Positions 51,140 through 63,239 of a stretch of 64,000 nucleotides of DNA are shown here, one piece after another; positions within the stretch are counted from its first letter, which is position 1; each line of letters opens with the position of its first letter. The notes below the pieces were generated by a model. It saw nothing but the letters and a program-made list of their open reading frames with translations. It had not been told where the DNA came from and did no database searches. The position numbers were made by a program, and so were the translations under genes. The DNA is taken from contig OX597814.1 in the NCBI GenBank assembly GCA_951406725.2, forward strand, positions 174,530,001 through 174,594,000, read 5' to 3'. The stretch is from Octopus vulgaris. Lineage: Eukaryota.

Positions 51140-51506
51140 CCCAACCAATTGGTTCCAGGTTCAGTCCCACTGCATGGCACCTTGGGCAACTGTCTTCTAT
51201 TATAGCCTCAGGCTAACCAAAGCCTTGTGAGTGGATGTGGTAGATGGAACATGAAAGAAGCCCATTGTGTACGTGTGTGTGTGTACATAAACACATGTGT
51301 GTGTGTCTTTGTATTTGTTTGTGTTCCCTGCATTAACAACTGGTGTTGGTGTGTTTACATCCCTGTAACTTAGTGGTTTGGCAAAATAGACTGATAGAAT
51401 AAGTACCAGGCTTCAAAAAATAAATACTGGGGTTGATTTGTTTGACTAAAATCCGTCAAGGCAGTGCCCCAGCATGGCCACAGACTAAAGACTGAAACAA
51501 GTAAAA
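51140..51506 (+). mobile_element. SINE family A, diverged copy abutting the LINE
   Basis: Same layout as the other copies, with more substitutions. Confidence 0.85.
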
Positions 51507-54500
51507 CAACGTACACCTCACCTCGATACTCCTACTGAACATCAGAGGACTGCAAACACTCAGTAACAGGACAAAGATCCCGTTCCTGAGAGACTTTGTT
51601 GCATGCAATCAAGCCTTATGCATAGCACTTACAGAAACGCACCTGAAACCGGACATAGCAGATGCGGAGTTACACATACCACAGTATGCTGTACTACGGA
51701 CCGACAGGAAAGAAAGGAGTCATGGAGGTGTTGCTATGTACATCCGTGAGGACCTCACACCCCAGGTCCTCTTGTCATACTCAAACTCGGTGTGTGACAC
51801 ACTAATTGTACATATTAGGCAACTTGATGTAGTTGTGTGTGCTACATATCGCCCTCCAGATGCCCCAAGCCATGTGGGCAAGTTTGAAGACTGCCTTATA
51901 AAAATAGAAGAAATTCTAACCACATTAGAACAACACATAGGTGTGCTTCTTATGGGAGACTTCAATCTGCCCAATGTCAGATGGCCCGAGGGCCTTTCTC
52001 TCCCAGGAATGACAAGATGTGAACGAGGACAGGCGAGGTCCCTCCTGAACCTCATCAACACCCTGTACATGGAGCAGGTAATACTCCAACCAACCAGGGC
52101 AGGTAACACACTGGATCTCTGCTTCACAAATGACATGGATCTCAGCCATAATGTGAAAGTGACACCGACACTACTCTCGGATCACAACATGATAGAGCTG
52201 ACCATGTACGGGCCAAAAGAGAGCACGGACATGCAGCCTACAAGAAACCCTCAAAATCTTTCCAGCTTGAACTACCATAAGGCAAACTGGAAACAAATTG
52301 AAAAGAGATCCTCAAACAAAACTGGCCTAAATGTCTCTCCTCGCCAGACATCGACGTGAAACTTCAAAAATTCATGTCTGTAATGCAAGCCATATGCTAC
52401 AAATGTGTCCCAGAGAGAAAGGCCACTGTACACAAGAACAAAATCCCCAGAGAGAGGAAAATTTTAATGAGACGGCGTACGAAATTTTCAAATCGCCTAA
52501 ACAAACAGATTGAAAGCAGTGAAAAGTCCCGCCTAAAAATAAAACTGTTGGAAATCGAAAAATGTCTGCAACTCTCCCATGAAAAAGAAAGAGCAGACAA
52601 AGAAGCCTGGGCTATAGAAAACATAAAATCTAACCCCAGAGCTTTCTACAGGTATGCCAAAGAAACAGCTACAGTGCACTGTAGAATAGGGCCACTCCTC
52701 GAAAAGGATGGCACACTTACAGGAAAACCAACGAGGGTAAGTGAAATACTGAATGAGCAATTCAAGAGTGTTTTCACTCCACCCCTTGGGCATCTCCAAA
52801 TCACCAATCCAACTGACTTTTTACCACTGCAGATATAAAATCAGAGGCGGCGACGATAGATTACATCGATATAAAGGAAGACGATGTAACCAAGGCTATA
52901 GATGAAATGAAAACAGACTCAGCTACTGGCCCCGATGGATTCCCGGCAATCCTCCTAAAAGCATGTAAGAGAGTCCTAGCAAGACCACTGCAGTTCCTCT
53001 TTCAGAGCTTCCTTGCAGCTGGCAAACTTCCAGGAAAACTGAAGGAAGGTAAAATATGCCCCATTCATAAAGGAGGTAGCAGAGCGGAAGCCAAGAACTA
53101 TAGACCTATCTCTCTGACCTCACACATCAGCAAGGTCATGGAACGAATAGTCAGAAGGAAGCTGATCACCTTCCTTGAAGAGAATGACTTGCTGCCCGAC
53201 ACCCAACATGGTTTCCGACCAGGGAGAAGCTGTTTAACTCAGCTCCTACAACACTATGACTGGGTGCTGAAATGGCTGCTCAACCACTCAAATGTGGAAG
53301 TGATATATCTCGACTTTGCAAAGGCCTTTGATAAAGTCGATCATGGAATGATATGTCACAAACTGCGTGATCTCAACATAGTTGGAAAACTGGGAGAATG
53401 GCTTCATGACTTTCTGAAGGATAGAAGTCAGGTGGTAGTAGCCAATGGGGCCACCTCCATTAACACACAAATAGTGAGCGGTGTTCCGCAGGGCACTGTT
53501 CTGGGACCACTACTGTTCATAATGGCCCTCTCAGACATGCCCTCAGCCACGCAGAGAGCCACGATCACAAGTTATGCAGATGATACAAAAGTTTCACAGG
53601 CAATACAGAACCCTGAGGACACTAAACACCTGCAATGTGAGCTGGACGAAATATACAAGTGGGCTGAAAAGAATAGCATGCAGTTCAATGCTGGAAAGTT
53701 TCAAGCTTTACACTATCAGCATGCAAAACTGAATGCAATACCCAATGAATACACTGGACCCGGAGGGATTGCAATCCCAAAGGCACAATCAGTGCGTGAC
53801 CTGGGTATTCACATGAGTGATGACGCGACCTTTCATGTACATGTTGCTAAACTGACAATGAAATGTAGACGGCTGGCTGGATGGATTCTTAGAACCTTTA
53901 GAACAAGAGAACAAGAAACCATGATGGTCCTCTGGAAGACACTTGTCCTAAGTCACTTTGACTATTGCTCTCAGCTATGGTCACCATCCAGTGTCAAGTT
54001 GATCACAGAACTTGAGGCGATCCAACGAAGCTACACAAAGAAGATAGCCTCTATGCAGAATGTAAGCTACTGGGAAAGACTCAAGAGATTAAAATTATAT
54101 TCCCTGGAGCGTAGGCGGGAAAGATATGCCATAATATACATCTGGAAGATCCTGGAGGGAAGTGTCCTGAATTTTGGCATCGAGAGTTACGCAAATGCCA
54201 GAACTGGGCGCCACTGCGTGGTGCCTAGGACTCCAAACCTGCCATCAAGATGTAGGACAAGATTCTGTGATAGCCTGGGCTTCCGAGGCCCACTGCTCTT
54301 CAATATCCTCCCGAAAAACCTGAGAGACCTGCATGGGGTGGATACAGATGTCTTTAAAATGAAGCTGGATCTCTTCCTGTCAGGTGTCCCAGATGAACCA
54401 ACTTCACGGCAGGAGGGGCAGATGAGGGCAGCTGCATCGAACTCTCTCATGCACCAAATAGCAGTTGCTAGAAAGCCTCCATGAAGTGAAACCAAGTAGC

Positions 54501-54580
54501 AACACCAAATGGCGGTGCCCCAGCATGGCCACAGCTCATAAGCTGAAACTAGAATCAATCAATCAATCAATCAATCAATC
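51507..54580 (+). mobile_element. 5'-truncated CR1-group LINE (whole ORF2, no ORF1), (AATC)n tail
   Basis: Starts at the endonuclease N-terminus (LLLNIRGL..ALTETHL). 3' UTR hairpin and (AATC)7 at 54553-54580. Confidence 0.93.
51510..54484 (+). CDS. LINE ORF2 (APE endonuclease + RT), split by two 1-nt frameshifts
   Basis: YRPP, MGDFN, PTR..LDL, SDH; then GPDG, NYRPISLTS, QHGF, YLDFAKAFDKV, SGVPQGTVLGPLLF, YADD, DYCSQLWSP. Frameshifts at ~52301 (A run) and ~52818 (T run). Confidence 0.92.
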
Positions 54581-54629
54581 ATATGTACATTAGTTATTGT
54601 AGATTAGATATGTCAGATCTAATCTATCA

Positions 54630-55066
54630 CTAGCAGTATAGCCCGGATTTGCTCGGGTTTGTTTTTTAGTTGCGCTTAAAACGGCAGACTTTGTTGCATT
54701 AACAAAGTTTTGATATAGTTTCAATCTTTTTTGGAAAGTAAAAATTTTGCATTATGTAGCTTGTTATTCTCTTTAAGTGAACATTTTTCTGGTTGAAATA
54801 CACCAAAAAATGGCGACACAGCAGTAAAAAAAATCATTAAAAATAGGGATTTTCATAGAAAAAAGCACCTTTTTGATGTAAATAACGTTTGGTCTTAACA
54901 TGGTCCGATTTGATTTTTTTCTCCTATGGAATGAAGAGCAAGCCTTCTATCATGCTCTCAATTTTGGTCAACTCGTGCCACAGGGTCTTGGAGGAGATAG
55001 TGTTAGTTGAAGGCTACCAAACCTGCCACACACACACACAGACAACTTCAGCTTTATATGTATAGA
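54630..55066 (-). mobile_element. Non-autonomous Helitron (family of 38399-38741)
   Basis: TC start, hairpin and CTAG end. Long near-identity with the 38399 copy. Confidence 0.85.
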
Positions 55067-55652
55067 TTAGTCCCAGCTCTTGCACCCTACAAAGACGTAA
55101 AACTCACTAGTTAGACCAGGTTTAAGTGAATGTTATTAATTAGGTTTGATCAACCATACTTAAGCTTGTCAGCCAACTTTTTCCCTTCTGTAGGCATAAT
55201 AATAAACTTCTGAACATTTGATGAATGTTTAGAAACCATCTTGATACATATTGTCAAACATTGTTACTGTTACATATTTTATCAACTCTAACAAAATTTA
55301 AGTTTATATTTTAAAGTTATTGATCCACTGCTGAATCTCAGTTAACACACTCAAAAAATTGTGAGTTTTGTGGATGTTCATTCTGCAAAGCTCTGACTGG
55401 TCTTGGAGTGACTGGTGTAGCAAAGAGGAGGATTCTAAATTCCATTACTGAAACTGCATAGATGGCCACTTGGTGGCTTTACATGAAGAGGATAGACCAG
55501 TAGTTTCCTGCTACTTGAATGCAAGCTAGGACTTGACTTGTCTTGGCTGGCTCAGCTAAGTAGCAGGGTCTGATGTTGAAAGACCTCAAAATCCCTGAGA
55601 CTCCAGAAGTATTTCTGATAAAGCATCAGTGAGATGTATTTTGGATCTTATG

Positions 55653-56033
55653 TATGAGGTGGTATGCCTTCCTAATCACTCATCGTCTTCCAAAGGACAT
55701 TCTTCTGCTTTTGAAGCACCTGTGCCACTTGAAACCTTGTTTACGACCCATTGCATTCATCGCTGTAAGTTTGCCAAAGCATGGCCAATGTCTCTGTAGC
55801 AGCCTTGTCAAGTTTAACATAAAATTTCATGTTAGTTCTTTGTTCTTGTCCATGGCAAAATCGCAGACTACAGCTTACATGTGATCACAGAAACACAAAT
55901 TTTACAACTTGTGAAGTAAACTCATCAATGTCACTTGGCTCACTGCCTTATGAAGGTCACTGCCACACAACCAAGTGCTGCTATCAGTTGGCATGCTACA
56001 GAACTAGTCAGAACTGTTTGATACTACCTCATA
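55653..56033 (-). mobile_element. Internally deleted mariner element
   Basis: Ends tatgaggtggtat / atactacctcata. Minus-strand translation EQRTNMKFYVKLDKAATETLAML..FKWHRCFKS..LEDDE (mariner HTH). Confidence 0.75.
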
Positions 56034-56189
56034 CATGCTATCATTTATAGCTTTACCTACTTAAACTTCCACTGTAAAAAAATTAGCAATATATATATAT
56101 ATATAAATGCAAAATATCAGTTGGTCCTAGAGAGCACAATGTTCCTGAAGGTCGGCAATGGTCTTCCTCAGTCATGAGTGGATGGCCAT

Positions 56190-56238
<49 letters not shown>

Positions 56239-57700
56239 AATTTTAATTAATACGTTCTCTAACCGGCAAAAGCCACTGCAGTAAATTATTTTCTGCAGTA
56301 TTATTTTCCGGTAATTTAGCGCGCCAAAACGAAGACTTTGGAAAAATAACTGCAAGTGTAATAGGTAGAGCTAGATGCAAGTCTGCCCTCGTGCAGATGT
56401 CTTCGTATATAGTTCTGCAAATTATATTTGTATAGACGATCACACTGAGGATCTATGGACAGATTGCGTAAGTAAAAAATTATGTAATATGTTAATAGTA
56501 AAACATGTACATGAATAATCTATATTTTGCTACTTTTCATTTGTCTTGTTTGCTTATGTTCTGGTGTTTGCTAAATTTTTCTTGAGAACATTTCTTAGTG
56601 GTAAGACCATAGTGGATCTACTTCTAGCATAAGGGTTATCTACATAATGGTCATCCCTCTCATTTATATATATATATATCCAATGGGTTTTGCACAATGT
56701 CTGTCTTACAAATTACACTCACAGAGCATTTTTTTTTATTCAATGCTAAAGTAAAGCACACTTGCCCAAGACACTGCATGTTTAGACTGAAGCAAAGGAC
56801 TACATGCTTGCAAAGCAAACATTGTGACCACACTGTAACATTAGTATTACATTTTATGAATCATTAAATGATAATTACTAAAATGGTAAAGCTCACTTGG
56901 AAGATTGTTGGTTGATGGTGGGAGACAAACGATGTGCTTTGATTCTGTTCGATAAATGAAATGTGTATTATAGCCACTTAAAAAGTGTCTGCTTAAATAA
57001 TAAATTTGAACATTGTTTCATATGATACATTATTTAAAAAGAAAAAGAAAAAACAGTATGCTAATCTATGTATCTGTGTATAAAACATTTTATAGTATTA
57101 GGAGTACATTCCAACTCTTGGTAAAAACAGATGAGACATTGGAAAGATTAGTTTCAGAATCATTACTCTTTGTTCAGTTTTCATAACCTTGCTTTTCTGT
57201 TGCAGGGCAACATAAGCATTTCCTACCTAGCTATAAGGCACTCCTGTGCCTGTGTTACAAATATTCAGCTTTGACTGCTCCTTTGTTTATTCGCACCTAT
57301 GTTTTTACTGAATATAGTCCTACTAATGTTCAGGCTTGTATTGCAATCTGATCAGTCTGAGAGAGCCAAAAGGTCATGAACACTATCCCTCCACTTCTTG
57401 CTAACTTATTTAACAAAAAATATATGTCATTCAAAAGTTATTCTCTTTGTTACTGTGTAGTTGTCTAAACTCCATATTCTTCTTTCCATAACATATTGTA
57501 TTGTTCTAATTCTCCTTTATATCCTCCAGCTCATTTCCATCTTTCTTTTCCATATACTGCTGCTGGTTAACACCTTGGTTCCCAATTCCTTTTTAATGAT
57601 AAGGGTAATTTTTCTTTAATCGCAAATATATTATTGTATCATCTGATGTTGAATGTTATGCTGGAAGTTAAATGTGTAGAGAAAAGGAGGAGGAGAGGAG

Positions 57701-58760
57701 TGTTGTGGTCTATGTAGCTAAATAGTTGAATGATCTTCCTTGTAAGAAGGATTATAGAGTAACCTCCCTTTACTAAGTTTCTTGAAGCATCTGTGTCATG
57801 AGATGTGATTCTTAATTATTCAAGAAGCTTAGTGTTTCTCTTGGAATTTCTAGAATGTCTAGCATTCCATTAATAAAAACAGCTTGCTAACCCTCTTCTT
57901 CGCTTCTTAGTTGATTAGACTTAGAATCATTCAGAACCATTCACATCATTGCTATGTCTGTCTATTTCTCTATGCCACATGACTGAAAGCCACCAGTTAG
58001 CTGTTATTTCTTTATTTCCTATCTCTGAATTTTCTTGCATAGATTACTTCATTCAACTAGATTCTACATTTTGATTCTATGTATCATCATCGACCATTAA
58101 ATAAAATGTATTTTTATGTAGTAAATATATAGTTCTTGAATTTATTCTTCATTTCTATATGTACTCTTGTAATAATATACACGCAGTCACATCAACACTT
58201 GGCACTGAATATATATCAGAAGGCTGCATGTTCGTATCACGTCGGGGTCACCAATTTATGTAGTGGAAGTATATATTCAGAACCAGGTGTTGATATGACT
58301 GCGTGTATATGATTACAAGAGTTCATATAGAGATGAAGAATAAATTTAAGAACTACATAAAAATATATTTTATTTATTGGTTGATGATGATACATAATCA
58401 AAATGTAGAATTTAGTTGAATGAAGTAATCTATGCAAGAAAGTTCAGAGAGAGGAAATATAGAAATAACAGCTAAGTGGTGGCTTTCAGTCATGTAGCAT
58501 AGAGAAATAGACAGACATAGCAATAGCGTGAATGGCTCTAAGTCTAATCGACTAAGTGAAGAGCAGGGTTAGCAAGTTGTTTTTTATTAATGGAATGCAA
58601 GACATTCTAGAAACTTCTAAGAGAAACGCTATGCTTCTTGAATAATTAAGAATCACATCTTATGACAAAGATGCTTCGAGAAACTTAGTAAAGGGAGATT
58701 ATTCTATAATCCTTGTTGCAAGGGAGATCATTCAACTATTTAGCTACATAGACCACAACA
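57701..58760. mobile_element. Palindrome of two inverted Gypsy-type LTR copies around a tRNA-Trp 3' half
   Basis: Arms 57701-58216 and 58259-58760. The minus-strand LTR runs TGTTGTGG...CCACTACA, then TAAAT and TGGTGACCCCGACGTGAT (tRNA-Trp PBS). Flanks are GGAG / GAAG. Confidence 0.85.
58215..58253 (+). pseudogene. tRNA-Trp nt 38-76 including 3' CCA (reverse-transcribed primer tRNA)
   Basis: ATCAGAAGGCTGCATGTTCGTATCACGTCGGGGTCACCA compared with the recalled metazoan tRNA-Trp(CCA) 3' half ATCAGAAGGYTGCGTGTTCRAATCACGTCGGGGTCA+CCA. Confidence 0.85.
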
Positions 58761-59480
58761 GAAGTTAGAGATTTACTTAAAGCAAAAGCAAAGTGAGAGT
58801 TGGTAGGTCATTTAGGCAGAACAGAGTTAAATAAGATGGACAAAAAGAACTACTGAATGGTCTCTGCAAGAGAGATTGAGAAGGTGGATGGAGTGGTGGT
58901 GGTGGTGGTGGCAGGGAGAAGACTTTGAGGTAATGCATGAAGGCATTGAAGGGAAGTACAGTTCCAGTTTAGACATGAATGGCAGTGGACTAGAAGAGGT
59001 GGAAATGGCTTGATGAAGTATAAGTCCCACAGTAGACTACTTTATGAATAATTCAGAAAACAGTATCAAGAAGTGGCGTTGAAATGTATTAATTGCACGT
59101 CTTGAAACTAATGTATGCTTTCAACAATATATCATAAGAGCTATAGGTTATGACTATTGTACTTCAAACTCCCCAGCCAGTCTATCCTGAAATGTTTATA
59201 TATAATTGAAATGTTTTTATTCTTGCTCATTAACAAGAGTTTGAACTTTGTAAACCTTCTGTCAATTAGCCTAAATTGATGAACTTGAATTATTAAGGAA
59301 GTTAATACATGGAAGATAAAACTTGTTCTGCATTAACTTGACATCTTAATCCCCTGTGTCTCTTAAGTGTAGTGTCATCAAATTAGCCAGTTTATTGACT
59401 CAAATTATTATCTCACAAGTAATCTCTCCTTGTTTGTCTTCTTTAAAATAGTAACAATACTGAATTGGTAGACACGGTGT

Positions 59481-60349
59481 GTACACATGGTCTGATAAAT
59501 AAGTATCCGGACTGTTGCTATAGTAATGAAGCAAAAGCACGGAGAGTGAAGCCGCTTGGCACAGATGGACCTTGAACTCTGCTGTGCATTCACACTAAGT
59601 TTTAACATTCTAGCTAACTTCCACTGTTTACAGCAGTGCGTGGAAGGAATGTGTGTAGTGTGTGATTGTCACATTGACCATGACAGAGAAAGCTGAACAG
59701 AGAATCTGCATCAAATTTTGCCAAAAGCTTGGTGATACCTGCTCAGACGCTGATGCAAAGTTTTCAAAAAGTTTTCATCGTTCTCGACACAATCAAGGAG
59801 ATCTTGTGCAACTGAAACCGAAGTGTCTTTTTGGTCAGCTGAAAATAGTTTTGGCACAAACTTGGCACACATGCGTCTCATACCCAAATTGTCAGTGATA
59901 ATGGACTGGACTGAACTGAACTGTAACTAATCTGCACATCCTCTGATAACTCATGGATGGTGATTCAACAATTTTCCCTCACAGCTGCATGCACATCTGC
60001 GATGTTTTTCTCAGTTTTGCCTGTTGCAGGTCTCCTAGAACATTCGATATCAACATTTTTTCAGCAATCTTGGAAACATCTGAACCACTCTTACACTTGT
60101 GTGTGGCTCATACACTCCTCTCTATACACTTTCTGCAACTTAGTGTAGGCCTCTGAGCAGTATCGTCTTGACAACTTTCTCTGTCGTGGTCCATGCGATG
60201 ATCACACGCTAAATAACTTCCTTCCAAGCACTGCTGCAAACAGCGGAAGTGAGCTAGAATGTTAAAAATTAGTGCGCATGGACAGCAGAGTTCAAGGTCA
60301 ATCTGTGTGCTAGGTGACTTCACTCTGTGCTTATTGATCAGACCTCATA
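59481..60349. mobile_element. Mariner-derived element with long inverted arms
   Basis: TIR ggtctgataaataag / cttattgatcagacc. MTEKAEQRICIKFCQKLG (mariner N-terminus). The 5' region is repeated in inverted form at ~60130-60349. Confidence 0.8.
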
Positions 60350-60459
60350 TTTAACCTGAAACATTCTAAAATTTTTAGGTACTACACTTTTTGATTACCC
60401 TGTTGCTCTTTGTTTTTGCTTGATGTATTTCTTGATTCTAACAATCATGAGCTTCTACA

Positions 60460-61140
60460 CTGTGTGTAGGTGCACTACAACACATCAGAAAATGGTAAAA
60501 TAGGGGACAGAAACCAGCAATAAGTCAAGTAAAGATAGCAAGGATTGCTATACATACATGCACAATATCAGAATAAACACAGAAAAATGAACAATAAAAA
60601 GCCATAAAGTGGAAAGTGTGCAAAGGCACATTAGGTTAGTGTTAGAAATTTTGGAAGCATGGAATTTTTGAAAGATGCAGTTTTATGGCTGCTAAAAACC
60701 AGCATAGGTTGTTTATTTCATGCCTTGACAATTCTGAGCATGTAAAAATGTTACTGAAAGTCATGAGTGCTGCACTGTTTTTCTTTTTTTTTATTATTAT
60801 TTGATTTTATAAGCTTGTTCACTTGTGGTAGAGATATTGAATTAAAAGAAGAAAAAACTTTTTGTTGGTAAAATGGTGGGTAGTCTTCTGGGATTCTACC
60901 AAGTCAGCTAGGAGATGTTAAAGCTTTAGTGTATCAATACCCAGAGAAGCAAGACCTTCATGATATAAATGACTGATGAGAAGTATTTGTCTGGTTGCAC
61001 ATCTCAGGGCAGTCTCCAGTTGATCATTCAGTTGTGGGTTACAAACTGGAGACACAAAATGTAAATATGGATATACAATAACCGTATATAAGCTTCAAAA
61101 AGAAAGGTGATAAGCAGCTGACAATTGCCTTACTGAATAA
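60460..61140 (-). pseudogene. Old degenerate 3' fragment related to the 19036 CR1-group LINE
   Basis: aggtgcactacaac, gaaagtcatg and ggttgcac(a/g)tctc blocks are collinear with 19071-19560. Confidence 0.65.
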
Positions 61141-61233
61141 CGTTAAGACACCTTCATCCATCTGACAATTTTAAAAATGTGATATATCCAATACAGACCA
61201 TTGTTGACAATAATGCTTAAGTCAATGGACTTG

Positions 61234-61800
61234 TTAACCCTTAGAGCCAGTAACACCAGTGTAGCAGTGGAAATGCTAGATGTGCACATGCCATAACATT
61301 GGTAAAATGGTGCAGGGTCACTGAATACAGAATGTGTTTGATTTTGCATGCTTTGACCCTGTTTTGATCAACCAATCAGAATGTCTTGTTACATCTGAAA
61401 GTAAGACATGTCTGTACCCAGTTTGATTGTTTGCATGGCACATTCTTGCAGAAATTGGGAGAAATTTCACAATGAAACAAACCCTAGTGTGTGAAAATGA
61501 ACCTGGGTCATCAGGATCAAAACATAAGAGACAGAAGCTATACACTGCCAGTCAAGTGCTTGACATTGGATGAATTCAGTGAATTAGATGCAAAATATGA
61601 GGCAGATGATGGGCCTGCTTGACTCCAAAATGTTGGACTGCACCGTCCAGAGATACCTGAAGATGGCTTCACTAATTATCTGTGTGTTATTTGCTCATAA
61701 AAGTACAATAAATTCAAAAGGGAAAACCCCAATGTGGATTACAAAACTATTCTGTGAAAGCTGTGAAGACTGATCTGATTTGAGTGCAATTGCGACCTGT
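61234..61800 (+). mobile_element. Possible degenerate piggyBac 5' end
   Basis: TTAA|CCCT terminus at ~61234. The downstream remnant EPGSSGSKHKRQKLYTASQVLDI..EFSELD resembles acidic piggyBac N-termini. No catalytic domain seen. Confidence 0.35.
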
Positions 61801-62059
61801 GCTTTGAGCAGGGTTTCACAGCAAGGTGGAATATTGGTATTATGAACATTGGTTAATACATATAAACTGTTTGTATGCTGTTTGATGACAATATAGAAAT
61901 TATATCATATATATATGTTATGGCAACACTGCTTCTATTCCTTGTCAGAACTGGGCACAAATGGCTCAGGATACCAGGTACAGGATCAAATAGTACCAAG
62001 AAGGTCAGGACTCAGTGTTAAGCTTGGTACAATGATTATATAGTTTACATGAGAATAAT

Positions 62060-62332
62060 GTAAAAAGCATTGATGCTGGTTCCACATAAAAAACACTGGT
62101 GCTAGTTTCACATAAAAAGTGCTGGTGCCACGCAAAATGTACTGGTGCTGGTGCCACATAAAAGCACTGGTGATGGTGCCACGTACAAAGCACCCAGTAC
62201 ACTGAGGTTGTTGGGATTAGGAAGGACATCCCAGCTGTAGAAACCAGGCCAAAATAGACTGTAGAACTTGCTAGTTTCTATCAAGCCATCCAAGCCAAGA
62301 CAGCATGGAAAACGGATATTAAATGATGATGT
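62060..62332 (+). mobile_element. SINE family C with internal ~22-25-bp tandem units
   Basis: Repeated aaaagcactggtgctggtgccac units, then ttaggaaggacatcccagctgtagaaac..cagcatggaaaacgga and a GAT tail. Confidence 0.65.
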
Positions 62333-63042
62333 TTTACTAATTCATAGTTTCACTAGTGCCTGCTATAGACATTAGAGAATGATGGTCTCTGTGAAGTATC
62401 TACTGTTGTTGACTTTTGTAGGCACCATGACTCAAGACCCATTAATTATAGGATTTGTATGACGCTATTCCATTATTGTCTTTCATAACTAATTGTACCT
62501 CCAGTTGCTACCCTTCAGCAGAATTCTGTGGTCATTGAGATTGATATCCACGTCCACTTTTTTTTAAAGCTCCAGTAGCATTAAGAAAACCCATTTGGGA
62601 TTCATAGCTGTAATCTCTTTGTTGAAAGCTTGAGGGATGCCAGTTATTGAATTGGCCCCTGTACTTGACTGATACATATTCTGTCCTAGTGACCCAATGT
62701 ATATAGGACTTTCTCATCTGTCACAAAACTTAGTTCTTAACTGTTCTGCCAAAGTTAAAACATGGGAACTTGGATAACTAAATTGTTCCACTTAAAACTT
62801 CAATCCTGTTCTTAGCTTTTATACTTGTTTAAATGTCCAATCAAATACAATTGTCATATGAAGTACTCTGATTACATGATTATCGAATATTCTTTGAACT
62901 AATGATCATATGTCAAGAGTTTAAACTTTGCTTCATGTATTTTGTGCACATAACAGTACATAATTCTGCTTGCTTTGGTTTTACTGCTTGCCTAAGAAAA
63001 CCAGTTTTACAAAAGAACGAATTAAATAATCTTTTCTACTAT

Positions 63043-63239
63043 AGGCACAAGGCCTGAAATTTGCAGGAGGGGGACTAGTAGATTACAACGACCTCAGTGT
63101 TTCATTAGTACTTAATTTATCAACCCCGAAGGATGAAAGGCAAAGTTGACCTGGCGGAATTTGAACTCAGAACACAGCAACAGGCGAAATACTAAACATT
63201 TCGTCCAGTATACTAACAATTCTGCCGGCTCGCCACCTT
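63043..63239 (-). mobile_element. SINE family B variant
   Basis: ggatgaaaggcaaagttgacc..gaatttgaactcagaac..ctcgccacct. Confidence 0.75.

Noticed and set aside
57701-58760. DIRS element or ordinary MITE
   Set aside because: No internal complementary region or ORFs. The TG..CA LTR ends and the correctly placed tRNA PBS fit a Gypsy-type LTR origin better.
62060-62200. Regularly spaced ~23-bp repeats suggestive of a CRISPR array
   Set aside because: No unique spacers. It is a degenerate minisatellite inside a eukaryotic retroposon, and there are no cas genes.
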